A DNA stretch of 62,609 bases, filler included. It is 3 parts of 3 records of this genome, joined end to end, with 100 filler letters (N's around TTAATTAATTAA, not from the genome) between each part and the next. Parts side by side here need not be neighbours in the genome. Positions count along the whole stretch, not along the records: positions 39,437 to 62,609 come from SRR20825006_2550; 2 more parts are not named here. One strand, written 5' to 3'. Both the position numbers and the translations under genes were made by a program. Of the stretch, positions 39,825-49,554 are shown piece by piece (position 1 is the stretch's first letter; each line of letters opens with the position of its first letter). The notes under the pieces were generated by a model that did no database searches, was not told where the DNA came from, and saw only the letters and a program-made list of their open reading frames with translations.

Positions 39825-40184
39825 ATGACTTCCGGGTTTTTGACCACCCATGTTTTGGACACGGCGCGCGGTGTTCCGGCTGCGGGTCTGACGATCAGAT
39901 TATATGACTTGGGCGGAGGTGACCGCAAGCTTTTGGCGGAGATGGTCACCAATGCGGATGGTCGAACAGACAGTCCGATCCTGCCCAAAGAGTCGTTTTC
40001 AATCGGAACCTATGAGCTGATCTTTTTGGCGGGTGATTATCTGCGCGCCTCAGGGCAGGGCGGGGAAGAGCCGTTGTTTTTAGACATTATTCCGATCCTT
40101 TTCGGTGTCAGCGATCCAGAGTCGCATTACCACGTGCCGTTGTTGTTATCACCTTTTGGCTACTCAACATATCGGGGGAGTTGA
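39825..40184 (+). CDS. uraH: 5-hydroxyisourate hydrolase
   Basis: LTTHVLDTARG.PA, TNADGR, HYHVPLLLSPFGYSTYRGS. Confidence 0.97.
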   Translation: MTSGFLTTHVLDTARGVPAAGLTIRLYDLGGGDRKLLAEMVTNADGRTDSPILPKESFSIGTYELIFLAGDYLRASGQGGEEPLFLDIIPILFGVSDPESHYHVPLLLSPFGYSTYRGS

Positions 40185-40188
40185 ACGC

Positions 40189-41424
40189 ATGTTCTTGGCG
40201 ATTTTTTGGGAATGGGCCGAATTTGCCCTGCGTTGGGTTCATGTGATCACCGCGATCTCGTGGATCGGCTCGTCGTTTTATTTCATCGCACTGGATTTGG
40301 GATTGCGCCCCTCGACGGATCGCCGCCAGGGCGTGTCTGGCGAAGAATGGCAGGTCCATGGCGGCGGCTTTTATTTCATCCAAAAATACATGGTCGCCCC
40401 GGCGCGCATGCCCGCCGATCTGATCTGGTTCAAATGGGAAAGCTATGCGACCTGGTTGTCGGGCGTCGCCTTGATGTTCGTGGTCTATTATCTGGGCGCG
40501 GAACTGTATCTGGTTGACCCCAACGTGCTCGACATGCCGCTTTGGGCCGGGATAGGGTTGTCTCTGGCCTCTTTGACGATTGGTTGGATCGCCTATGATT
40601 TTGTCTGCAAAAGCAAATTTGGCGACGACAACACCCGGTTGATGCTATTTCTCTATGTTGTGCTTGTGATCATGGCGTGGGGCTATACCCAAGTGTTTTC
40701 AGGTCGCGCCGCCTTCCTGCACCTTGGGGCGTTTACCGCCACGGTGATGACCGCCAATGTGTTCTTTATCATCATCCCGAACCAGAAAATCGTGGTCAAA
40801 GATTTGGTCGAAGGCCGCACGCCGGACCCGAAATATGGCAAGATCGCCAAGCAACGCTCAACCCATAACAACTACCTCACCCTGCCAGTGTTGTTCATGA
40901 TGCTGTCGAACCACTATCCGCTGGCCTTTGCGTCGAAATACAATTGGATCATCGCGGCGCTGGTGTTTTTGATGGGGGTCACGATCCGCCATTTCTTCAA
41001 CACCATGCACAAACGCGGTGGCATGTTGTGGTGGACCTGGGGCCTGACGGCAGGGTTGTTCGCGGCGATCATGTGGTTGTCGACGGCGGGGATTTTCCTT
41101 CAGGACAAAGAAGATGGCGACGAGGCCGCCGTGTTTGGCCCGGCAGCGCAGAGGTTCGCCAGTGCCGAAGGTTTTGAGGATGTGCATGACATCGTGTTGG
41201 GCAACTGCTCCATGTGTCATGCCCGCGAACCCGTGTGGCAGGGCATGGCCTCGCCGCCCAAAGGCGTGCGGTTGGAAACCTCGCAAGAGATCGCGACGAT
41301 GGCGAAAGAGATTTGGCTTCAGGCTGGCGTTACCCATGCCATGCCGCCGAACAATCTGACCTATATGGATGACGAGAGCCGCGAGATGATCCGCAAATGG
41401 TATGAGGCGGGGCTGGACGGTTAG
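40189..41424 (+). CDS. puuD: Urate hydroxylase PuuD (membrane domain + cytochrome c)
   Basis: RWVHVI..ISWIGSSFYF, HGGGFY, FKWESY.TW, RSTHNNY, CSMCH...MPP. Confidence 0.95.
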   Translation: MFLAIFWEWAEFALRWVHVITAISWIGSSFYFIALDLGLRPSTDRRQGVSGEEWQVHGGGFYFIQKYMVAPARMPADLIWFKWESYATWLSGVALMFVVYYLGAELYLVDPNVLDMPLWAGIGLSLASLTIGWIAYDFVCKSKFGDDNTRLMLFLYVVLVIMAWGYTQVFSGRAAFLHLGAFTATVMTANVFFIIIPNQKIVVKDLVEGRTPDPKYGKIAKQRSTHNNYLTLPVLFMMLSNHYPLAFASKYNWIIAALVFLMGVTIRHFFNTMHKRGGMLWWTWGLTAGLFAAIMWLSTAGIFLQDKEDGDEAAVFGPAAQRFASAEGFEDVHDIVLGNCSMCHAREPVWQGMASPPKGVRLETSQEIATMAKEIWLQAGVTHAMPPNNLTYMDDESREMIRKWYEAGLDG

Positions 41425-42416
41425 TCTTTCGAAAACCGCCAGAGGGTCTCTTGGGCATAGGTCTCACCGGGACGTAAAATCACCGAAGGAAACGTGGGCT
41501 GGTTTGGCGCATCGGGCCAGCGTTGCGCTTCCAGGGCCACACCACAAAACCCTACCTCGGGCACGTCGCGATGACCGGAGAACGTGCCACTGTCAATCGG
41601 CGCTGCGTCAAACACCTGTAGTCCCGGCTCCGTCGTCTCCATCACAAAGGTCACGCCGGTTTCGCCTTTGAGAATAGCGGCCTGTTTCATTTCGCCGGGC
41701 TGATCCGAGAGGCAAAAATTGTGATCATAGCGTTGGGCGTCCGAGGGCCGCAAAACCCGTCCCTCACGCAGGTCAAACCCAGTGCCCACCACATCACACA
41801 CCCCTGTTGGAATCATCCGGGCATCGACCGGCGTATAGCGATCCGCGTTGAGTTTCAGCCAATGCCCCTCGGTGGTGGCGCGGCCATCCAGTGACCAATA
41901 GGAGTGGTTGGCGATGTTCATAAAGGTCGGCGCGTCGGTTGTGGCCGATAGGCGCAGGCGCAATGTCGCGGGGGCTTCAACCTCGTAACGAGCGGTGATC
42001 TGGCGCGTGCCGGGAAAGCCGCCTTTGCCGTCGGACAGGGTGAGCGTCAGCGTGACCGAATGGTCTGTGTGATCGGCAATCTGCCAAATCTCGGTGTGCA
42101 TCCCCTCGGTGCCACCGTGCAGCGTGGTCTCGCCCTCATTGGCGTCAAAGGTCAACACCTGCCCATCGAGCGTGGCAGAGGCCCCCGAAATCCGATTGGC
42201 CACAGGACCGACCAAAGTGCCAAAATAATCCATCGGCCCACGGTCATAAGCGGCCAGGTCGTTGGACCCAAGCGTCAACCCATAGGGCACGCCTTGGAGA
42301 CGGACATCATTGAGGATCGCCCCAAAGGTCAGGATTTTGGCGGTTAAATCGCCTGCGCTGATCGTGATGGCGTCCACCGGACGCCCCGCTTTCGTTGTGC
42401 CAAAGGGCGCAATCAT
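41421..42416 (-). CDS. galM: Aldose 1-epimerase (mutarotase)
   Basis: GPVANRI, LHGG, NHSYW, YDHNF, LEAQ.WPDAPN. Confidence 0.93.
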   Translation of the reverse strand: MIAPFGTTKAGRPVDAITISAGDLTAKILTFGAILNDVRLQGVPYGLTLGSNDLAAYDRGPMDYFGTLVGPVANRISGASATLDGQVLTFDANEGETTLHGGTEGMHTEIWQIADHTDHSVTLTLTLSDGKGGFPGTRQITARYEVEAPATLRLRLSATTDAPTFMNIANHSYWSLDGRATTEGHWLKLNADRYTPVDARMIPTGVCDVVGTGFDLREGRVLRPSDAQRYDHNFCLSDQPGEMKQAAILKGETGVTFVMETTEPGLQVFDAAPIDSGTFSGHRDVPEVGFCGVALEAQRWPDAPNQPTFPSVILRPGETYAQETLWRFSKD

Positions 42417-43273
42417 CCAAATGCCTTCCTGAAAGCCGCGTAAAGCCCTGCACGGACCATTTCTGTACGGTCATAGACGGTGATCATGGCATATTGCGCG
42501 TCCAAGGCCAGCCTGTAAGGTGCGCGCAGATCGGCATCGCCAATCAGAGCAATCGGTTGACCCAGCCAATAGGGCCGCGTCGCCGCCAGTTCCGCCCCGA
42601 TCAAAAGGCCAAGTGCCGTGGCGCGCGCGCGCGCAGGGGCGAGAGCGCCCAAATAGGTTTCGGCCTCGAGCGAGGCGATGCGGTAGCTGACCTGTTCGGG
42701 CCGCGACATTGCATCCGAGACGGCATCCGTAAAGACCGCTTGGTCCAAGGCCTCGCCGGACAGGAGCGTGTCAAAACCTGCCTGCTGTGTCAGCCCGGTC
42801 ATGATCAGCCCGGTTGCGACCGAACGAAACGACACGACCTCTTCGGCCGAGATATGCGCCCACACCGTCATGCGCGCACCGGGCAGGCATAAAACGCCAT
42901 CGAATTTTGGGTTCTGGGCCACAAATCCAGCAATCGCCGCCTCCATGCCAAGGGTCACATGGCGGGGCTCTTGTTGGGACAGGGCCGGGAAATACAGCGG
43001 CGAGGTGGCGGAAAAATGCTCCGGCATCGCCAAACACGGCACCGGACGGGGCGCATGGGCAAAGCGGCCAGCGCCCACGATCGGTGTGCTGGCGGGGATG
43101 GCCCAGCCCTGCAAAATCGTTGCGAGCACGGTGTCAAACCCGGCGGTGTCGGTCGGGGCCTCTGCCTTGGCCTCGGCCAAAACCGATCCCTCGGCGTTCA
43201 TGCCCCAAACGGTCAAACCGAGCGCGGTCCAATCGACGGCAATCCAGTCTGGCGTGGTCATTGTCATCCCCAT
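42413..43273 (-). CDS. 2-dehydro-3-deoxygalactonokinase-like protein, degenerate active site (start 43273-43261 uncertain)
   Basis: PDWIAVDW, FDGVLCLPG, EVVSF, GLLIGAELAA.RPYWLGQ match DgoK; catalytic motifs altered. Confidence 0.82.
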   Translation of the reverse strand: MGMTMTTPDWIAVDWTALGLTVWGMNAEGSVLAEAKAEAPTDTAGFDTVLATILQGWAIPASTPIVGAGRFAHAPRPVPCLAMPEHFSATSPLYFPALSQQEPRHVTLGMEAAIAGFVAQNPKFDGVLCLPGARMTVWAHISAEEVVSFRSVATGLIMTGLTQQAGFDTLLSGEALDQAVFTDAVSDAMSRPEQVSYRIASLEAETYLGALAPARARATALGLLIGAELAATRPYWLGQPIALIGDADLRAPYRLALDAQYAMITVYDRTEMVRAGLYAAFRKAFG

Positions 43274-43331
43274 GCTTTTGCCCTTGATCTCAGCGTTAGC
43301 GCGCAGAGCGATAGGGTGCAATGGTGGCGGA

Positions 43332-43532
43332 CTAGCTTTTCAGTTCTGCCGGATATCCCGCCGCCTTCAACGCGGTGAGAATGGCCTCATCACCCGCCTC
43401 GGAAAACACGTCAATCTCGCGCGCGTCCATATCGACGGAGATTTCAACTGTGTCGTCCACGGCCTCAAGCGCTTCGGTGATCGCGGCTTTGCAATGGCCG
43501 CAGCTCATATCGGGGACGGAAAAGACAGACAT
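43332..43532 (-). CDS. copZ: Copper chaperone (HMA domain)
   Basis: VPDMSCGHC...AAGY; GAGG RBS; divergent from copA. Confidence 0.9.
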   Translation of the reverse strand: MSVFSVPDMSCGHCKAAITEALEAVDDTVEISVDMDAREIDVFSEAGDEAILTALKAAGYPAELKS

Positions 43533-43653
43533 TCATTTGACCTCGTGCAGAAGGGAAAGAGGGATAGGGCGCTATGTCACGGCGTGGTGCCTTGCCCTCA
43601 TGGTATCAGACTCTTACTTAACCTCTATGGACCAAAAAGCCAGAGCGACAAAA

Positions 43654-46092
43654 ATGCACAGCACCCGTTTATCCGTCGAAGGTATGACTTGCGCCTCTTG
43701 TGTGGGCCGTGTTGAGCGCGCCTTAAACAGCACGACGGGTGTTTCAAACGCCAATGTGAACCTTGCCACAGAGACGGCGGAGGTGACATTTGATGCCCCG
43801 GCGGATGTTGCGGGGTTGGTCGCGGCCTTGGACAAGGCGGGCTATCCGGCGCGGACCGAAGAGGTGACATTTGACGTTCAGGGCATGACCTGTGCGTCTT
43901 GTGTAGGGCGGGTCGAACGTGCGCTTGCTGCGCTTGAGGGGGTGCGGGAGGCCTCTGTCAATCTGGCCGCCGAGACGGCGCAGGTGCGCTATCTGGCGGG
44001 CGTTCAGGATGTCCAGAGCCTGACCAAAGCCATTGCCAAATCCGGCTATGACGCGCGGGCGCGGATGGATCGCGAGGCCGCTCCGGTTAACCGCAAAGCC
44101 GATGAGGCACGAGTTCTACGCAAGCGGCTGGTCTTGGCCGCCGCGCTCACCTTGCCGATTTTTGTCATCGAGATGGGCGGGCATTTGATTCCGGCGCTGC
44201 ATCATTGGTGGATGATGACCGTGCCGGAATGGCTTTGGCGGATGGTGCAATTCGCGCTCACATGCGTGGTGCTTGCGGGACCGGGGTGGGTGTTTTTCAG
44301 CAAAGGCATCCCGTCGCTGTTGCGCGGTGGACCGGATATGAACGCGCTTGTGGCGCTGGGATCGGGGGCCGCTTTTGCCTATTCCACCGTCGTGACCTTT
44401 TGGCCGCAAGCCGTGCCGATGGGCGCACAGAATGTGTATTTCGAAGCCGCCGCTGTCATCGTCACGCTGATCCTGCTGGGACGCTGGTTGGAGGCGGGGG
44501 CCAAGGGGCGCACGGGTGAGGCGATCCGCAAACTTGCCGGGATGCGTGCCAATGTGGCGCGGGTCGAACGCGCAGGGGCTGTGATCGAACTGCCGATTGA
44601 AGAGATCAAGGTCGGCGATGTCCTGCACCTGCGTCCGGGCGAAAAGATTGCCGTCGATGGCCGGGTGCTCTCGGGTGAAAGCCATGTTGATGAAGCGATG
44701 ATTTCCGGCGAGCCGATCCCGGTGGCCAAGGCTGAGGGCGCGGCGGTGATCGCGGGCACGGTCAATGGCGAAGGCAGCATGACCTATGTCGCTGAAAAGG
44801 TCGGTGCGGATACGATGCTGGCCCAGATCATTCGCATGGTCGAAGAGGCGCAGGGCGCGAAACTACCGATCCAATCCCTGGTCGACAAGGTGACGATGTA
44901 TTTCGTGCCCGCCGTGATGGCGCTGGCGGTGTTGACGGTATTGATTTGGCTGGTCGTTGGGCCGGAGCCTGCTTTGGCCCATGCTCTTGTCGCAGGGGTT
45001 GCGGTGCTGATCATTGCCTGCCCCTGTGCGATGGGGCTGGCGACGCCGACCTCGATCATGGTGGGCACTGGGCGCGCCGCCGAGCTGGGGGTTTTGTTTC
45101 GCAAAGGCGATGCGTTGCAGGCGCTTCAGGGCGTCAAAGTCATCGCCTTTGACAAAACCGGCACGCTGACACAGGGCCGCCCGGATGTGACCGATGTGGT
45201 GGTTTTAGAGGGGGATGAAGACATGCTCCTTGCCATGATCGCCGCCGCCGAGGCCCAGTCCGAGCACCCGATTGCCCGCGCCATTGAGTGCGCCGCCGAG
45301 GCGCGTGGGTTGCGTTTGCCAGAGGTCACCAAAGCGCGCGCTGTCGCTGGCCATGGGATGAAGGCCGAGGTGGAGGGCAAAGACATCCTGATCGGCAATA
45401 TGCGCCTGATGAGCCGGGAAAAGATTGCCACAGATGCGTTCGAAGCGCCGTTGTCCGATTTGGCTGAGCAGGGCCGCACTCCGGTTTTGGTGGCGGTGAA
45501 TGGCGTTCCCGCTCTGGTGATTGGTATCTCCGATCCGGTCCGCTCAACCTCGCGCCGGACCATCGAGGCGCTGCATGCGCGCGGGATCAAGGTTGCGATG
45601 GTGTCCGGAGACACGCGCAAAGCGGCCGAAGCCATCGCGCGTGACCTCGGCATTGACCATGTCGAGGCCGAGGTCTTGCCCAAAGGCAAAGCCAAAATCG
45701 TGAGCGCGCTGCAACAGAGTTTCGGCTCCGTCGCTTTTGTTGGTGATGGGATCAATGACGCCCCCGCCCTGGCCTCTGCCGATGTCGGCGTGGCGATTGG
45801 TACCGGGACCGACGTGGCGATTGAGGCGGCGGATGTGGTGTTGATGGGGGGCGATCCGGGGGGCGTGGTCACCGCTTTGGATGTCAGCCGCAAAACCATG
45901 GCCAATATCCGGCAAAACCTGTTTTGGGCGTTTGCCTATAATGCCGCACTCATTCCGGTTGCGGCGGGTGCGCTCTACCCCGCTTTTGGGATTCAATTGT
46001 CGCCGATGTTGGGCGCGGGTGCGATGGCGATGTCTTCGGTTTTTGTGCTTTCGAACGCATTGCGGCTGCGCGGACTGCGCGCGGCATTTTAA
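43654..46092 (+). CDS. copA: Cu(I)-translocating P1B-type ATPase (alternative start 43627)
   Basis: Two GMTCASC HMA domains, CPC, DKTGT, SEHP, GDGINDAP, YN and MAMSS. Confidence 0.97.
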   Translation: MHSTRLSVEGMTCASCVGRVERALNSTTGVSNANVNLATETAEVTFDAPADVAGLVAALDKAGYPARTEEVTFDVQGMTCASCVGRVERALAALEGVREASVNLAAETAQVRYLAGVQDVQSLTKAIAKSGYDARARMDREAAPVNRKADEARVLRKRLVLAAALTLPIFVIEMGGHLIPALHHWWMMTVPEWLWRMVQFALTCVVLAGPGWVFFSKGIPSLLRGGPDMNALVALGSGAAFAYSTVVTFWPQAVPMGAQNVYFEAAAVIVTLILLGRWLEAGAKGRTGEAIRKLAGMRANVARVERAGAVIELPIEEIKVGDVLHLRPGEKIAVDGRVLSGESHVDEAMISGEPIPVAKAEGAAVIAGTVNGEGSMTYVAEKVGADTMLAQIIRMVEEAQGAKLPIQSLVDKVTMYFVPAVMALAVLTVLIWLVVGPEPALAHALVAGVAVLIIACPCAMGLATPTSIMVGTGRAAELGVLFRKGDALQALQGVKVIAFDKTGTLTQGRPDVTDVVVLEGDEDMLLAMIAAAEAQSEHPIARAIECAAEARGLRLPEVTKARAVAGHGMKAEVEGKDILIGNMRLMSREKIATDAFEAPLSDLAEQGRTPVLVAVNGVPALVIGISDPVRSTSRRTIEALHARGIKVAMVSGDTRKAAEAIARDLGIDHVEAEVLPKGKAKIVSALQQSFGSVAFVGDGINDAPALASADVGVAIGTGTDVAIEAADVVLMGGDPGGVVTALDVSRKTMANIRQNLFWAFAYNAALIPVAAGALYPAFGIQLSPMLGAGAMAMSSVFVLSNALRLRGLRAAF

Positions 46093-46325
46093 GTTCGGCG
46101 GCATCTTTACCTGTATTCTAGATATAGCATAAGGCGCTACATTTACACGTATAGGGTGAGTTTGGTCGCCTATCTGGTGGAAAAATGGGCCAAATTTGTA
46201 CCGACGTGACATTTATCCTCTAGCGGGAGAATCCTCGATCCTATAGTTTGCTGGGAGAACTAGTAACAAGTTGCGACCATTTTTTGGGTACGCAACGGTA
46301 CATCGAGCAGAAGTGAATTGGTAAA

Positions 46326-49300
46326 ATGTTGGGCATTCAATATTCGGTCCGCGATCTCGCGGGCAATGTAGACACAGGTACACTCCCCCTCTCTGAAAAT
46401 GTTGAATCGATTTCGGTTCAGGGCGTCGAAGATATCTCTTTGAACATGTCGGCTGCCGCAGTTTCGGGGTATTCTCGTGACGGCGGAAACCTTGTTGTCG
46501 AGTTGATCGGCGGCAAGTCGATTGTTCTTGAGGGGTTCTTTGAGGGGGGCGATCACGATCTCTTTCTCTCGGAACGCGGCCTGATGACCAAGGTCGATTT
46601 CGTGGATGAAAATCAGGGTGATCTCGTCGCCTCTTACCAAGACATCGACTTGACCGGAAAATGGAGCGAATACGATCAGCTTGCTTTTCTCGATCTGGAG
46701 CGTATCGAACCGGTTGTGGCACCTCTGGCGTTTGCAGGGCTTGGTCTTGGCGGCGCGGGTGCCGCAGCAGCGGCGGCGGCTGGCGTCATTTTGATCGACG
46801 GTGGCAATGGCGGCGGCACTGGTCATGGTGGTGGCGAAGGCGACACGACCGCCCCCGATGTTTCTATCGTGACTGGCGTTGAAAGCGTTGGCGACTATGT
46901 GAACGGTGAGATTTACGACAGCGGCAGCTTTGAGATCACAGGTGGTGGTGAGCCGGGGGCCGTTGTGGAGGTCACGATCAATGACACCACGGAAACCGTC
47001 ACGGTCGGTGAAGACGGCACTTGGACGGCGGTTTTTGACAGCGACGCGATTGAGACCGGCGAATACACCACCGACGTGACCGTCGTGGCCACCGATGAGG
47101 CGGGCAATTCGACAACGGTCACCGACACGCTATTGGTCGACACCGCCCCCGAAGATCTCAGCTTTGATACCGTCGAAGGCGACGATATCGTCAATATTTC
47201 TGAGGCAAGCGATGGGATTCCGGTTTCGGGTCAATCCGAGGCGGGGGCGACCGTTGTGGTCGAGCTTGAAGGTCAGTCCATCGAAACCGTGGTGGGTGCA
47301 GATGGTACATGGTCTGTCACCTTTGATGGCGCCCAACTGCCTGCGGGCACCTATGACAGCACCGTCACCGCTACCGTGACGGACATTTACGGCAATGCCG
47401 CGACCTACACCCATGACATCGCAATTGACCTTGAGGCGTCGTTGTCGGTGAACGCCGGAGCCGCGGGTGGCGATGGTATGGTCAACCTGTCCGAAATGAA
47501 CGGCGGTGTCGTCTTGACGGGCCTGGGGGAAGTGGGGGCTTCGGTCACTGTCACCGTGGCGGGCGTTTCGCGCAACGCGACCGTTGGCGAAGATGGCATA
47601 TGGTCCGTGACCTATGAAAACGGTTCCCTGCCGCAGGGCAGCTACACCGCAGAGGTCACAGCCGTGTCCACCGATACGGCGGGCAATACGGCCTCCGCGA
47701 CGGGCACCTTTTCGATCGACACCGAAACCGGTGTGGCGATCAACGCGGGTCATTCGGGTGGCGACGAAACCATCAACTTGGCTGAGAGCCAGCAATCCAT
47801 GAGCTTTGCCGGGACGGCCGAGCCGGGCGCAACCGTCGTTGTGACGCTTTCGGGTGTTTCCGTGACCACCGTGGCGGATGGGGCGGGGCATTGGACCGCG
47901 ACCTATGCGGCGGGCAGTTTGGCGAGCGGTGAATATGACACCACCCTGACTGCCGTTGCCACCGATGCCGCAGGCAACACTGCGACCACCACAAGCACGG
48001 TTCATGTCGATACGGTTGCGGGCGACATTGCGCTCTCCGCCAACCCGATCGAAGGCGATAACGTGATCAACGCCGTTGAGGCCTCCGATGGGGTCTGGGT
48101 CAGCGGCACAGCAACCCCGAACCACACGATCACCGTCACATTGGGCGGCGTGACCCATACGGTCACCTCGACCAATGCCGGGACGTTCGCGGCCTTCTTT
48201 GCCGCCTCCGAAGTCACTCCGGGCGAATATGACACCGGTGCGTCGGCCACGATTTCCGATGCGGCGGGCAACACGAAAACTGTGCAAACCGCCGTTGAAG
48301 TCGACACGTTTGTCAGCAATTTTGCCGAGACCGCCCAGCAAGGCGGGTCAGACGGTGTGGTCAACGGCCTCGAGTCCCAGTCTGGCGTTCAACTTGCGGG
48401 AACGGTTGAGGTGGGGTCCACTGTTGTGTTGTCCTTTCAGGGCCAAAATTACATGGCCGCCGTCGATGGCGCGGGCAATTGGTCCGCGACCATTCCGGCC
48501 TCTGCGCTGCCCTCTGGCGAAGGCTCCGCCAACGTTATCATCAACGCGACAGACCCGGCGGGCAATACCGCGTCGCTGTCTGAAACCATCACTTATGACA
48601 CTTTGGTCACCTCTCTGGGCCTGAGCGGAGATGCCAGCGGCGATATGTTCATCAACCTCGCGGAGGTGCACTCTGGTGCAACTTTGACCGGGTTTGTTGA
48701 GCCGGGATCGACTGTTTATGTGACCCTCAACGGCATTCGCCATCTTGCCTCCGTCGATGCGGCGGGCAATTGGAGCGTGAGCTACGCAGCTGGTGAAATT
48801 CCCGAAGGAACCTATGCCGCCAATGTGCAAATCGACGCCACCGATGCCGCTGGCAACACGCGCACCGAGACGGCGCAGGTCACCATCGACACCGAGGTTT
48901 CGTCACCCTTCGTCGAAACCGTGACGCGCGGCACGGATGGGGTGCATTCGGTCTCCGTCAGTGAGATGGGCGACGATGTGTCGGTCTATTCTCTCGATGA
49001 AAGCGGGTCCTCGACCGAGATTTCGCACACCGATTATGACCTTGGGGCGCAGACCTTGCTCAACTTTGGCAGCCATGTGTCGAACGGCGACCAGATTGTC
49101 ATCGCGTTCGAAGATGTGGCGGGCAACCAGTCCGATACATTGCTCGTGCTCGACACCACAAACGAACGTCCCGATGGGGCCTATTTCGAGGTGGATATCG
49201 ACAATTCCGGGCTTGATCAATTCGACCTTGGCGCGATTGATCTTCAATTCGTCAACGGCGGTGAGGTCACGCTGTCTACGGCTGATTTGGACCGGATCGT

Positions 49301-49472
49301 GGGCGAAGATGGCGTTTTGACCATCCATGGTGGCGCAGACGATCGCGTGGTGCTTGAAGGTGGGGCGGTGACGGGGGACAGCGCCACGATTGATGGGGCG
49401 ACCTACGACATCTACACGCTGGGCGATGATCAAGTGATGATTGATCATCACGTCGAAGTGGTCCTGCCGTAA
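46326..49472 (+). CDS. BapA-like type I-secreted Ig-repeat adhesin
   Basis: BapA-prefix-like N-terminus (RDGGNLVVEL..G..IVLEGFF), Gly/Ala tract, about 7-8 acidic repeats of about 97 aa with GxWS and DxAGN; upstream of T1SS. Confidence 0.9.
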   Translation: MLGIQYSVRDLAGNVDTGTLPLSENVESISVQGVEDISLNMSAAAVSGYSRDGGNLVVELIGGKSIVLEGFFEGGDHDLFLSERGLMTKVDFVDENQGDLVASYQDIDLTGKWSEYDQLAFLDLERIEPVVAPLAFAGLGLGGAGAAAAAAAGVILIDGGNGGGTGHGGGEGDTTAPDVSIVTGVESVGDYVNGEIYDSGSFEITGGGEPGAVVEVTINDTTETVTVGEDGTWTAVFDSDAIETGEYTTDVTVVATDEAGNSTTVTDTLLVDTAPEDLSFDTVEGDDIVNISEASDGIPVSGQSEAGATVVVELEGQSIETVVGADGTWSVTFDGAQLPAGTYDSTVTATVTDIYGNAATYTHDIAIDLEASLSVNAGAAGGDGMVNLSEMNGGVVLTGLGEVGASVTVTVAGVSRNATVGEDGIWSVTYENGSLPQGSYTAEVTAVSTDTAGNTASATGTFSIDTETGVAINAGHSGGDETINLAESQQSMSFAGTAEPGATVVVTLSGVSVTTVADGAGHWTATYAAGSLASGEYDTTLTAVATDAAGNTATTTSTVHVDTVAGDIALSANPIEGDNVINAVEASDGVWVSGTATPNHTITVTLGGVTHTVTSTNAGTFAAFFAASEVTPGEYDTGASATISDAAGNTKTVQTAVEVDTFVSNFAETAQQGGSDGVVNGLESQSGVQLAGTVEVGSTVVLSFQGQNYMAAVDGAGNWSATIPASALPSGEGSANVIINATDPAGNTASLSETITYDTLVTSLGLSGDASGDMFINLAEVHSGATLTGFVEPGSTVYVTLNGIRHLASVDAAGNWSVSYAAGEIPEGTYAANVQIDATDAAGNTRTETAQVTIDTEVSSPFVETVTRGTDGVHSVSVSEMGDDVSVYSLDESGSSTEISHTDYDLGAQTLLNFGSHVSNGDQIVIAFEDVAGNQSDTLLVLDTTNERPDGAYFEVDIDNSGLDQFDLGAIDLQFVNGGEVTLSTADLDRIVGEDGVLTIHGGADDRVVLEGGAVTGDSATIDGATYDIYTLGDDQVMIDHHVEVVLP

Positions 49473-49554
49473 CGGTGAAAACAATGGGGGCGGGTGCGTT
49501 TCTGTGCCCGCACTCGCTAAGGAAGCGCGGGGGCGGGGGAGCGCGACGGGTGGT

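Noticed and set aside
43533-43626. CueR box between copZ and copA
   Set aside because: No convincing ACCTTCC-N7-GGAAGGT palindrome; TTGACCTC is explained by the copZ RBS on the other strand
43375-43653. N-terminal extension of copA in the ORF track
   Set aside because: Overlaps copZ on the opposite strand; HMA homology begins at about 43654
46850-48900. Recurring GCGGGCAA/GATGCCGC words as a possible CRISPR or DNA repeat array
   Set aside because: They are codons of DxAGN motifs in diverged protein repeats; no constant repeat-spacer structure and no cas genes
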